From Trichosphaerium sp. ATCC 40318 (lineage: Eukaryota; Protista; Tubulinea), in assembly GCA_038496445.1 (NCBI GenBank), contig JALMLS010000596.1, positions 124,001 to 188,000 on the forward strand: a DNA stretch of 64,000 nt, read 5' to 3'. The position numbers were made by a program, and so were the translations under genes. The notes under the pieces are model-generated. The model searched no databases and had not been told where the DNA came from. It was given only the letters and a program-made list of their open reading frames with translations. Below are positions 23,395 to 35,286 of this stretch, one piece after another (position 1 is the stretch's first letter; the number at the start of each line of letters is the position of its first letter).

Positions 23395-24140
23395 TTAGCT
23401 ACATGCACTACAATCGCCGTTGAGAGGTAGAACAACACTTGCAGTAGTAAGAGGGTGGATAGCAGCATCGCCTTTCCAACAGAAATGAAAAGAGTTAAAG
23501 ATTTGTACTTCAGAGAACTCCCAGCCATCGTTAGCGAATATTTTCATCTCAACACCTTGAAGTGCCTTGTCGGTATTCTTTGCAGGTGCGGCCATATAGA
23601 ATACATCTACAGCACCTGATTGGAACTCGTTGAGTCGGGGATCATCAAGGGCAGCGCTGTAAGGAGAATAGGTTCCGTCAGTGTAAGCATATCGGTACTT
23701 AATTGGTGCATTTGGTCTAAAATTTTCGAGCTGTTTTTATGGTAGATACCATGGATTTGTGGCTAGTAACTTTCTCATATGTATCTCCAGATGCTTGACT
23801 ATAAGTGTTTGATACAGCTGGTCATGTAGAATAGGTTGCATATACTTCCGAAGTAGGATGTGTAGTAATTACAGCGGTTGTCTGCATTACATAGTTGTTC
23901 ACATTGAGCTTTTGTAACTGAAGTATCTCTAGGGAAGGAACAGTCTCCAGGGCCGCCAACCCAATGGCAGTTTGTTACCGTTGATCCGGGCACAGAGCCA
24001 TCACAGTACACAAATTGTCCAGCGTGCATGTCTTTACGACAGCCAGAACAAGTGTTGTGAGCGTTGAGAGTAATGGCTTTGTAGTTGAAGGCTAGTGCCA
24101 ATGAAAAACAGAGACAGAGTAGAATCGATGAATAGTTCAT
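23395..24140 (-). pseudogene. Frameshifted inverted paralog of the PAN+PLAT gene
   Basis: Near-identical to 21226-21972 but has a +1 A after TSC giving TAG at 23799, plus a replaced 49-nt vs 51-nt patch. Confidence 0.8.
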
Positions 24141-25450
24141 GAGTGGAGGGGCTTGTACGCAAACTAGAACTGATGTTTGTTGTTTGAAGGTTATTGGTAA
24201 ATGATCAACAATGTTGGCTTAAAAGCACGTGTGCACGAAAAAAAAAGTGAAGCGAAAAAAAAAACAATGTTCTGTACTGAAAAAAAGACTAGAATTTCTT
24301 ATTTATGAAAAACAGCCGAATCGGGCCTTTAAACGAAAGTTAAAAAAAACTTATGTGCACACACAAAAAAGTCTGTAGGCAATGTGATAAGTTTTGCTAA
24401 AATAATACAATATTGCTCCTTTATTTAAATATGAAAAACGTGGATGAGTTTTGGGTTGTTTTGGTGTGTTTTACTTCCATTCCACATGTGTTCAGTGAAT
24501 TACTGATTTTGAAATAATTTCGCTCCTTCTACGACCCGAAAAGCTCACTTCTATGAACGACATCTGTTTAGCTATTAAAACAAAGTCTCAAAACCGAAAA
24601 AAAACAAGCTACAATAAAAGTCAGTACTCCATACTTTAGTTTGTAGAACCCACCTCAGTCCAAGTCCAAGTGCACTAAATATTACACTTGTAGGATTGCA
24701 GTATTTATAACAAGGCTCTCATTCGCGTCATCGCTGTCAATCCCACAGCAACAGCATTTAGTCTCAACAAATCTCTTTCCAAAGACTTTTCTGCTCCTGT
24801 TAAATGGATGCCCTGGTTTATAACAAGTCCCAGTGTTCAAGTTACAGTGCACTATTTGTATTCGTATATTCATACTGCCTGACATTGCTCTCCTGTAAGA
24901 ACGATGTTTTGTTCGCAGCATCACAAGTTGCAGTATGAAGTTTTCAAAAGAAATACTTTTCCCATACTCTTGAGATAAACCACTGTAGTTGTATAGTTGC
25001 TATACCGCAAAAAAAAACAATGAAGCAGTGATTAAAACATGTGATTCAGAAATAGTGTGCTTGCTAAACAACACAGTCATACTTGATAGGCACTTCAAAT
25101 TTTCAACCCATCATAAACTGTTGTATGTTCCAGTCTTCACATCATTCTTCATTGCTAATACCCACTACAGCGGGTGCATGTCGCTTTGGTAGGTAATAGG
25201 GTTACATTCTACCGCAGTAATAGGAATCACAAAAAGTTTAGTTAAACCATCTGTGCAACATTTTTTGATGTAGCAACTCACATGTAACTTGATTCTTTTA
25301 TCTCCTACTACTACTGACTATTTGTTAATATCAGCACCTAGTTCTAAAGATATTGCTTTCGAATAAGTTTTGTGGTCACGTGCACATTTATGATCGGAAC
25401 AACTGAATATTGAATGAGCAGAATATGCTAACAAGCTTTATTTTTTTATT

Positions 25451-26972
25451 TTAGTCTCTACTATCAATGTATGTTTTCAAAGCTACATTCTTTTGAAAGA
25501 CATTATAAAAACGTTTTAATCCTTTAAAAGGAGAAAGTAATTCCGGATTTTGAGATAGTTGAATATGACTATCAAGAACATCCCAGACACCAATATCAGC
25601 AAGAGATAACTATAATTACACCCGTTAGTGTACGAGGAAATAACCAATTTACAATATGATAGTGATACTTATTTAACATACCTTTTCACCGACAAAGTGG
25701 TTAAATGGAGGGTTCTTACGGAGAAGGTTCTAGGAAGCCAAAAAGTTAAAAAAAAAGAAAAGAAAAAAAAAAGTCTGTTTTTTACAGTCAGCACGCAAAC
25801 TCATTCCTATTAAAGTTGTGCGCAAGAGCATAAATAGGATTTATATCGCATATATTCGTTGTACAGAGCAATCATAACGAATATATTTGGTAACCTCAAA
25901 AAAGAGTTTCTTCTTGACAACATACCTCTAAAAATCCAAGCCATTTTGGTGCTACATTGTTAAAGTAATCATCTTTTTCTTCTTCCTACTTAATGTAAGA
26001 ACATGAAAACACGTAACTGAGGCGGTAAAATTAAGCACCCATTTGCCACCGTATTTGACTCTACCAAGCTTTGATGAAAAGTCTTGAGCACCTTCATAAA
26101 CCATATCAATCTACATGTTGACTGTTAGTTCTTTAGTGATGGAACACAGCTACAGTAGCATGTTGCTCTTGCGTATTAGTATACCATTAAAGCATCTTCA
26201 TGTGTTTCTCCATATAACCTCGCAGATCGTGCGATATGACGTACAATAGCACCACTTTAAAAACAATCAATCAACGAACTTTTTGTTGAAAAAAAAAAAA
26301 GTGGATGATGTCCTTACCTTTGTACATAGTGCTTGCCATCAATTTCTATTTGTGGCATTTGGCTGAACGCAAACATATCAGTGTCTATCATTAAACTTAG
26401 AATAAACCCAAAATTCGATGTCGTAAATCAAAAAACAAACGAAACGACACGTGTCGTTTAATAAAAAAAATCAGAGTTCATTATACTTTCATGAACTACC
26501 ACAACATCTTTAGGTTGCCTGTAGTCGCTTTTGAATAGTTTTTAAGATGACAGCAAGTAAGTGACGTGTCAGCCCATCATACCTTTTTTCATCTCCTCCC
26601 AACCTTCTGAAATACGCTCATCTGTGAACTTGACGCCTAGCAACAATGTTTAGACGTGTCGTTTCAAAAAAAAAGCATTCAAAAAAACGGTATTTTACCT
26701 GCAGCGTGAAGGATCAACCTTATCTTCTCTCCCCTTCCTCTAATATCGAAATAGCGTAATTTTATCTTACTTTCGTCAACTATAACGTATTTAAAGCCGT
26801 TGTACCTCTGAACCAAGATCAAAAGGTTTCATATACCTTCAAAGAGCGTAAGCAAGCGATATAAGCAATGGGTATCTATTTTAACTCACGTATTGTCTAC
26901 TAACACCAAATCATTTTCGCAATAGCAAGAGGCGAATACACACAATGCCACTACCACGTACAAACTATTCAT
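25451..26972 (-). CDS. Glutathione S-transferase (Tyr-type, sigma/mu-like) with N-terminal signal peptide
   Basis: Spliced: MNSLYVVVALCVFASCYC-ENDLV...EIKLRYFDIRGRGEKIRLILHAAGVKFTDERI...FSQMPQIEIDG...VQS...HFVGEKLSLADIGVWDVLD...LKTYIDSRD*. Confidence 0.85.
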
Positions 26973-27188
26973 CACGTCTAAAGTTTACACTGTGAAAAAC
27001 TTTTCGGGTGACTTAGAGTAGCTGTTAAGGCAGCTTTTAGAGCGTTTAGTTTGCCCTTGTAGTGGAAACTTAGTTGAAGCAGATGACAAAAGAAACTCTT
27101 GATCGATAAAGACAGCGCCTCTGTTACAAAACAGAGTACGAATGAAACAATTATTTGACAAAGACATTCTTGTGTTGGCAACCTTTTT

Positions 27189-29946
27189 TCAACTGACATT
27201 ACTTTTTTTTATTAAAATGTCTGATGCCGCATCTCCTGGTGTTTGCACGTGTACACTTGTCCATCCTTTCCTCTTAAAATCCTTTGTAGCAAACCTAATA
27301 TTTTTTAAGCGATGTAATAGATACTACAGTATAGTTGACGTACAAGTGAAGCAAGCGACCTCGTTTATTATCTGGATTATATCCAGAATGAACCAATAAA
27401 GTTTCAATAACTTCATAGACTGAGTCAGGCTTTATCCTATTTCCGTCTTCTCTATAGCCTTTAATAAAGTCGAACAAGACATCTGGGCTACGCTGATGTC
27501 TGATTTCAGGACCAGGTTTGCCCTAGTAAAGGAGTCAGCAAGGTGGCATTTGACTGATTGTAAAAAAGTAATTACCTTTTTCAAAATCAACATTGTAAGC
27601 TTTGACTTGTTATAAAACTGGTAAGGGCGCTTTTCGAACCGATTATTGGCTGTTAATAATACCCAGCATAGATTTTCTACATAGTCAAAGGACCAAGCAG
27701 AACATATTTTTAGGATCTATTTCAAATAAGTCAGAAATTAACTTACAACAAATACACATCTAAATAAATGACGACATACCAATGGTAAGTATTCTTTTTC
27801 TATCCATACAAACAGATATCCTGTTTTTATTAATTTATTTGTTATTTTTAAGCTTCTCTATAAAGTTGATGTTAGTGGAAATACAAACAAAGTTTTTTTT
27901 TGAAATTTTTGTAGGTACCAAAATGCTCTCAAAGTTTGAATGTTTGTACGGTGGGTCAATCAAAACTACGAACATTTAGCACTGACAATACGCAATATAA
28001 TTACCTCCATCAAAATCTAATAGTGTTTCCCAAGGAATACTTTGCGCTGACGGAACACTGTAATACTCAAAAGTGTCCTAGAAATTGTTGAGTAAGAAAC
28101 GATGCTATAGTTAAAAAACTTCTTAACATACCTTCTCAACATCCTGATGCTCCGACCAAGCTTCTATAGTCTTACCCCAAGATTTTGGTAAAGGTTTTTT
28201 TATATTTTGCACCTGGTGTATTGGTACCAAATGGCTCAAACGCTCCTTAATCTCCAATTAAAAAAACGCCAACGGAAAAAAAGAGATAAATACCTGACTC
28301 CAAATTTGTCTTGGTTTTACTCCTTTAATAAAATAGCTTAGATCTTTTTGGTTGTCTATCGAAGACGAAGGTTTTTTCTTGTCTCCACTGTTACGCTTTT
28401 GTTTCTTCTTTTTATTCCTGATCAAATATTTAACATTCTTTGTTGCGCCGGTTACTCCAAAAGCTTCTAATGTATTTGGCTTTACACTACTTTTTTTTGA
28501 TCCCCCAGCTTGCTCAGAAGAGGTCTAAGTAATATATTAGACTACGCTTGATTTAGTTCATCATAAAATTTTAAACATACTGATGTACGACGTCTTTGTT
28601 GTTTATCAACTTTGTGAGTACACTTTGTATTAATATCAAAGTATTTTTGTACCCATGACACAACACACTCTTCAAGCTCAATGCCTTCCTTACTCTCCCA
28701 TACTGGAGCTAAACAAGCTTCGTCTATAGTCTACGGCGTATAAGCACATCAAAAAAAAAACGCAATCGAACCTTATCATTTACGACTGAAGAAGGCTCTT
28801 CCGCTAACACTTTGCTTAGCGTGTCACTATCATGTGAGGTATGTGGCAGTGCTCCAACGGATATTAGTTTTTTATAGTACGCATTGCATGTATAGCCAAG
28901 TCTATTGGGCAAGCTCTTGCTGAACAATCCCCAATTTTTTCCAACCTTTCTTTGTTGTTAGTAAATAAAATAATAATAAAAAATAAGAAAATAAACGGAA
29001 TGGTGACACGCAATGTGTCACTTTAAAATGTCTTATATTTTTCTTTGTACCTGTCTGCCGTTTCTTCTCCAACGTATATACGTCTTTAGAAATGCTTTGT
29101 GTTCGTCAAAATTAAATTGTCCTTTAGCTTGAGAAACACCAATATCTGTCAATCTAAAATAAAATTGATTCGGGTTGTCATGACGCTTTGTCCAAGAAGC
29201 AATCTTGGGCTTCTTCCATTGTTTTATTGAATCTTCCTCCCATGAATTTAATAATGTAGGAGACACTTTCTTCTTCATAAAAGTCTTCTGAGCTGTCTAA
29301 AAACGCTGTTAATAAATAACCTTTCAAAAACAAAAAAAGCGTTGAAAAAAAAAATGTCTGCACTGAATGTACCTTCCACGTTGCCATTATAAAATCATCT
29401 TCGCAAGACTTTGAACAAACCGAAATACTTCTACGCCTTGGTGATGCTAGTTTAGCTTTTGGTGAACGTAGACCTTTGGCGGGTTTTTGAAGTGGTTTTC
29501 GAGGACTTGGCGCCTTTTATCAAGTAAAAACGATTGTAAACAACAGTAATAGCTACCTCGAAGTCATCCGCCGAGTCAGAAGAAAGCGGTTCTGGTAAAC
29601 GCATGTCAGTATGTAAACTAGGTTTGTTTTTCTTCTTCTTTGGCGTCGATACGTTTTTGGGCGTTCTTGGAGGCGTTTTCTTCGTATTTGTACTTTTGGA
29701 ACAGTTTTGTAGATTACCGCTCTTTTTAAGCTGTGTACTGGCTTTACGCTTCTTTGGTGTAAAAAACGCTTTTATATTCTTTTGAGCGAACGCCTTCGTT
29801 TTTACTGGTTTGTGCTCGACTTTATCGCTTACACGCTGTCTTGTAGGCAATTTTCGTTTCTTTGAAGGCCTCTGGCTTGTTTCAGTGCCAGTAGAGTATT
29901 TCATACGCTCAACTGGTCGCTTGGTTAAGCTCCTTTTGCGTTTCAT
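27189..29946 (-). CDS. Fusion protein: Lys-rich N-terminus + p1/AMTP1-like Myb/HTH domain + MT-A70 adenine methyltransferase (MTA9/AMT6-7-like) with DPPY motif; 13 exons, about 690 aa
   Basis: One continuous frame through 12 GT-AG introns: WTKRHDNPNQFYFRLTDIGVSQAKGQFNFDEHKAFL...NWGLFSKSLPNRLGYTCNAYYKKLI, then RLSHLVPIHQVQNIKKPLPKSWGK...FDGVLIDPPY (27946-27957)...GYLFVWIEKE...FDYVENLCWV...EIRHQRSPDVLFD...KPDSVYEVIETLL...RLLHLFATKDFKRKGWTSV. Confidence 0.8.
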
Positions 29947-30113
29947 AGCTCTACTGTAATTGGTGCAAGTTTCACGAAAAATTATGTACTACAGTTGTAT
30001 AAACATTTGGTTTCTTCTTCGTACAAAGCAGTGCGAAGCGACACTTTAGACAAATTCTGACTAAAAATAAACTTAGTTGCGTAAAGTCTCAGTCGCTATT
30101 TCAGCTAACACCA

Positions 30114-31345
30114 ATGGAACCCACACAGAACAAAGACAATGACGTAAGTATTTGTAAGGCTTATAGTTTGGACCTAATGGCGTTAAAGACTCCTACGACC
30201 ATAAACGACGCCGAACTAGCCTCCGCATTACTGGCATCACTAAAGATGGATAAAAAGGCACCTGTAGAGTTTAGAGCAGACACAAAGCTTCTCGCCACGT
30301 TGTGTGTAAGTCTACAACGCCTACACCATTCTATATATTAAACAAACGCGTACAGGATATTGGTTTTAGCAAACATAAGGCAACACGAGGCCTCTTTTAT
30401 ACAGGGAACTCCAGCGTAGAGACCGCAGCGAATTGGTTAGCTAAACGTTTTTTTTTTTATTTATACGTATTACGTTATTCACACTAGTACAGGATCGTAG
30501 AGCATGAGAATGATCCTCTAGTAAACGAACCGCTAACTGAAGACGAAATTAGAAAACATACCTCTAGACTGTCTAACAGCATGTACGCGCGCAACCATGC
30601 TAACTGTATTATATCATCGGGTTTTTGTTGAGATTTACGACAAAATCCTGTTGTACTGAATCAACACGATGACAGTTCTTTATCTTTGTCGTTAAGTAAC
30701 GTTATAGATTCTCTCAAAACTTCTCTGACGTTTACGGCTTCTCTCCTGATGCCAGCCCTTACAAGATGGTTCTTTGTGTGCGAGGAGACTTGAAAATGAG
30801 CGTAGGAAAGATTGGGGCACAATGTGCTCACACAGCTTTGAGTACGACCGCGTTTGATGTCACAAACAGCTAAAAAAGCACTTTTTTTTCTACGGCGCTT
30901 TTGTGGGTTATGGACGCTATCTTAGTGATTTATTAGGTGTTTACAAGCGAATGAGCGCTAACTGCCCTACCATACTTCGAAGTTGGGAGCGTGCTGGCTC
31001 TAAAAAAGTAGTGCTACGCGTAGAAAACGATGTTGAGATGGATAAACTTGAAAGGAATGCAGTACAACTAAGTTTACCTGTTGCAACTACAAGAGATGCT
31101 GGACGAACTGGTAAGTTATCAATCAATGTCTAGAATACATAATAACAATGACTATTAGAAGTACCAAGTGGTACTAGAACTGTTCTTGCAATTTGTGGTG
31201 CGTTGTTTAACCAGACGGATTTTGTTTTCCACTGCTTTCCAAAAAAAAACCCAAACAGTGTTTTTACAGTTTACGCCTATTTATGTTAATTGTAGGTCCA
31301 TCTGGTACTGTTGATAAGGTAACTGGTAAGTTAAGGCTTCTATGA
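30114..31345 (+). CDS. PTH2: UBA domain + peptidyl-tRNA hydrolase 2
   Basis: DIGFSKHKATRGLFYTGNSSVETAANW (UBA); YKMVLCVRGDLKMSVGKIGAQCAH, WERAGSKKVVLR, DAGRTEVPSGTRTVLAICGPSGTVDKVTGKLRLL*. Confidence 0.9.
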
Positions 31346-31632
31346 TAAGATCTTTATGTTGTACATAAAAAACCAAATGAGTGAAATAATAAAAAAGCAA
31401 AGGAGGAGTTACAATTGGGGTTAACTACGATCTTGAAATATTTTTGTTTGTGGTAGTAGTTGAGATTTCGTTACAAATGCGTCACGTGTCATTGATCTTG
31501 CAATAAGCTCTTGTAACGGTTTCGCGTGTGCTATTCGTACCCTTCTTTCTTAGATGTATAGTTCTGCGATGACTACGAATAGATTTTGGATGCCAAACTT
31601 GATTAAATTCAGAATTACAAAACTAAAACCAA

Positions 31633-33094
31633 ATGGAAGCTCTATACGCACAAAAAGCAACTACTTTGATCAGATCTGACCCAACTATAACTGTCACCGA
31701 AGGAACAGATATATCCGGTGCCATCAGTACATTATTCAAGTCTGGTACGCAATACTACGGTTATAAATGATATTGACGCGTTAATCAAGGAAAGCAGTCA
31801 TGCCCAGTTGTTGACAAGGATGGAAAACTCATCGGTAAGTGTTTAACCGATTATTGGAGAATTAACGACTGTAGGTCTCCTAGACGTAGTAGATGTAGCA
31901 GTACACATCGTAGAGTTGCTAGGAGGCGCAAAGAAAATGCTACAATGGCTTGTGGAAGTAAGAAAAATGTTTTTCGTTTGTTTGATAGCCTAACATTGAT
32001 AAAAGACTGGTCTCATGCCTGTGGAACACCAAGATCAATACGAAAAAATAGTTGGCACTGATCCAGAAGATAAAATTACAGATGAGGAAGTAGCCGAGCT
32101 TAGCGCACCTAATATCGATATGGCAGACCTTGTAGACGATCTAATAGGTACACAAGGGAGTTGCATCGACTTGTTGTAACACGCGAATAGATCGTTCCAA
32201 ACGGAATCACTCAGCTCCTATCAAGGAGGATACACTTATAAGAGAAGTGGTCAACCTTCTAAAAACTCACAGACGCGTTCCTGTTGGTACGGGCTAATTA
32301 GCCGACATTTATTTTTTCACTGAAGTCATTTTGACACATTTTGCGAAATGTCATTAATTTCTTTGGTTAGTGGACTTTCATGGGAAGCTGGTTAACTTGG
32401 TTACTCAGTCAGATATCATCACATTTTTAAAGTTTGATGATAGTCTTCTTGGAGCACATGGCCAGAAGACACTCAAAGAATTGGGTATCGCAGAACCAAA
32501 GACAGTTGTGTCGGTACTAGATACCGACCAAGCATTGGCTGCTTTCAAAAAGATTTCCAAAAATGTAAGTGTTGGCTTATTTGGCTCATTACTTAAGTCC
32601 TAATTCTGTTTTTGTAGAATGTAAGCGCTGTTGCAGTTGTCAATGCACAGGGTATCATTGTTGGCAATATATCAGCCACAGATGTTAGAGTACGACATTT
32701 TTTTCTAGTCACGTAAAGAAAAGTACTAACACGTCTACGCAGCTCATTGATGGCTCAGGAGACCTTATTAGCCGTATGTTCTTAAAAGCTAGCGAGTTCC
32801 TTACGCGCATGCAGGCTGAGCACGTAGTACGCAAATCTTTTTTGAAACTTTCTTTATTCAGTCTTTCTAACGTGTCTCAATAGATACCTCCAAAGCCTTT
32901 AACTGTAATGCCAACATCAACTCTAAACGACGCATTACGATTAATGGTACGCGCATTACATACTATAAAGCACGCTCTAATTAATATCTAAGGTAACACA
33001 CAAAGTGCACCGTGTTTACGTGGTTTCTGATAAGACAAAACAAGTCCCTGTTGGTGTTGTTTCTATGACAGATATCTTGAGTATTCTAAACTGA
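31633..33094 (+). CDS. Four-CBS-domain protein (AMPK-gamma/SDS23-like)
   Basis: Repeated CBS motifs: SCPVVDKDGKLIGLLDVVD, RRVPV..GKLVNLVTQSDII, SAVAVVNAQGIIVGNISATDV, HKVHRVYVV...PVGVVSMTDIL*. Confidence 0.85.
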
Positions 33095-33539
33095 CACAAA
33101 CACATTTGTACCTATTGTGGTTGTTTAGTCACTTGTTCTTGTAAAACAAACACGTGAACTTGTTAATAAAAAAAAAGTCAAATTGTAAAAAAAAGCGCCA
33201 GATATTTTTCAAGATCAGGCTCCTGACCTCGTTTTAGTAGTTTCATATCTAATGCTTGCATACGCCCTTGGCGAACATTTGATGTGTATTCCGCCATTAC
33301 GTGACTGATATCTGATCTCCGTATTTGGAAAACGCAAATATGATCAATTTGCGCTACAAATGGGCGTTTGAGGTGGGTCCTTTAGCTCAGATTTGAAACT
33401 GGTTGAATTTTCTTGTTGCTGTTTCCTTTTATCTAAATACGAGGTTCAACCATTAGGCGCCACGACGCGCTAATTAGAGGTATTGGGAATCCAAAGCAAG
33501 TAAATAATCGCCTGAATAGTACAAAGGCGCTAGTACAGA

Positions 33540-34877
33540 ATGGCAGAAGCCCCAGGGCGCTCTGTGGACACGAAATGGCTCATAAAAAGCTCGGCTGTAG
33601 CCGTAAAGATGATGGAATTGTCCGTAGACAGCCAAGACTATCCAAGCTTCATTAAGCATGCAAAGGAGCTGTCTGAATGCATTGTTTTACTTGTACGTGC
33701 AAATTCGGCATTATTCGCTATAAAACTCTTCCAAATTGCGTGCTATAGCGCGACACTTTAAATTATATATGATACTAAACGAACACATAATCTAACTCGG
33801 CTGTAGGTGAAATACGCAACAGCAAAACATTGTGTTCTAGTCGCTGATGATTTAAAGTCGCTATCTCGCCTTGTTATAAGATGTGCGCAAAGACTATAAG
33901 CTTCCGGAAGCCAATTGGCTGTTTGGGTTTTTTGCTCCTTTCTGACACTTGTTAGCTGCACGAGATGTATTTACAAAACAAACTGATGAAGCTTCTGAAG
34001 TATTTATGGCACATTTAAAGGATTTAGCCAAAGCTATAGTCAGTACGTTAAATATTATTGATATTTCAAAATTTTTGTTTGAAATTTTTTGAGTTTGAAC
34101 TGAGACTTTATCTGTTGTTACGCGCTTCTGACGCTTTTAAACACTTTAATTAATTATATTTAAATAAATTGACAGTGTTATAGCCTTTGCCAAGATCAGT
34201 GAAGACCGAGAAAATGGCAGACAAAATAAAAGTCCGAGATCTATTTTTTACACTCCTGAAGATGTTGAGAAGAGGCTTGCACAATCTAAAAAAGAATCGG
34301 AACTAGAGTGGAGACGCATAGAGCTTGAAAAGGAGAAAATGCGCGAAGAAAGAATGCAGTTTGAGCTTGAAAAAGAAGAGTATTTACAACGACAAAAAAT
34401 TAAACAATCACGGCAATTAGAGCGTCAAATGAGCTTCTTTGGTATGAGAGTAGACGAAGAATATTCTCTAGATGATAGTGATTGTATGTAGAATACCTAC
34501 ATGCTTATTACTAACACGTGATTTAGCTTTGTCCTCAGAATTCGCTTCATTTCAATCAAAGTCTATTGAAAGCCCTCCATCCACGTGGAAAAGTACAACA
34601 GTAGCACCATCTAATACTATGCGTTTACGTTCAACATCAGTAAACCCAGCAATGGATGCTAAAATTCAATCAGTATCAGCTCCACCGAGACTAAAAAGTA
34701 ACGTTTAATTTATCACTTTATTTGTCTGATTTTTTTTTAGTCTACACAGAGGCAAGCATAAGAGACTTAACAGATAAAGATATTTTTAGAATAAACCAAT
34801 TAAAGCTTGTATTTGGATCACATAGATCGTCTATGGCACTTATTAAAAAACGTGCTGTAAGCATTAACGATCTTTGA
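33540..34877 (+). CDS. Uncharacterised protein: N-terminal helical bundle (FAT/GIT-C-like, tentative), charged coiled coil, Ser-rich tail
   Basis: Six exons splice into one frame with GT-AG junctions; E/K/R-rich coil at 34260-34430. Confidence 0.6.
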
Positions 34878-35286
34878 ACATCAAATAGTATGTATGATTT
34901 TATTTATCAAATTCGAAAGAAATTAAAAAAACCTCCCACCACATCACCTTGTAAGAATGACACATTTAAATAAACACTTGTAATATTACACCCAAAACCA
35001 ATTTCGGTACTTTTAGAGCATTAACAGCACTTTCTGATTCAGGATTTACTGCTCATTTATGGAACTTCAGAACAGGCGCCTGAAACGTGTTCAATGAAGG
35101 CAATTGAATATGTTACGTGAGTTTGTTCAGTTAGCTGTAAGCTCTCAATCCAATTATAATAAGTTCCCTTTGGAATAGCGTAGACTAACTTGTAAAACGG
35201 ATTATGAAGAATCGTTGACCGAGATATTTTTATTTTTTGTTCACATTCGAATCAAAAAAGGTTAAACGTTCTGTGGTTTAAGGGTC

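Larger units (their letters stand above)
20097..25293. repeat. Large inverted segmental duplication: arms about 20097-22066 and 23302-25293, 1.2-kb spacer
   Basis: Mirror ORFs 20198-20407(-)/24989-25192(+) and 21226(+)/24140(-). Upstream and 3' flanks match in reverse complement, with diverged patches in between. Confidence 0.9.

Noticed and set aside
18793-25564. TTAA-flanked transposon terminal inverted repeats at 18793-18836 and 25521-25564
   Set aside because: The right copy is coding sequence of the GST last exon, and the pair faces the wrong way to bound one element.
25451-25925. Truncated GST
   Set aside because: Two further exons (NLLRKNPPFNHFVGEK and LSLADIG...YIDSRD*) complete the C-terminal domain.
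31633-33094. Functional AMPK-like cluster of the CBS gene with the CBM48 genes
   Set aside because: 14 kb apart with unrelated genes between and no kinase subunit; proximity is likely chance.
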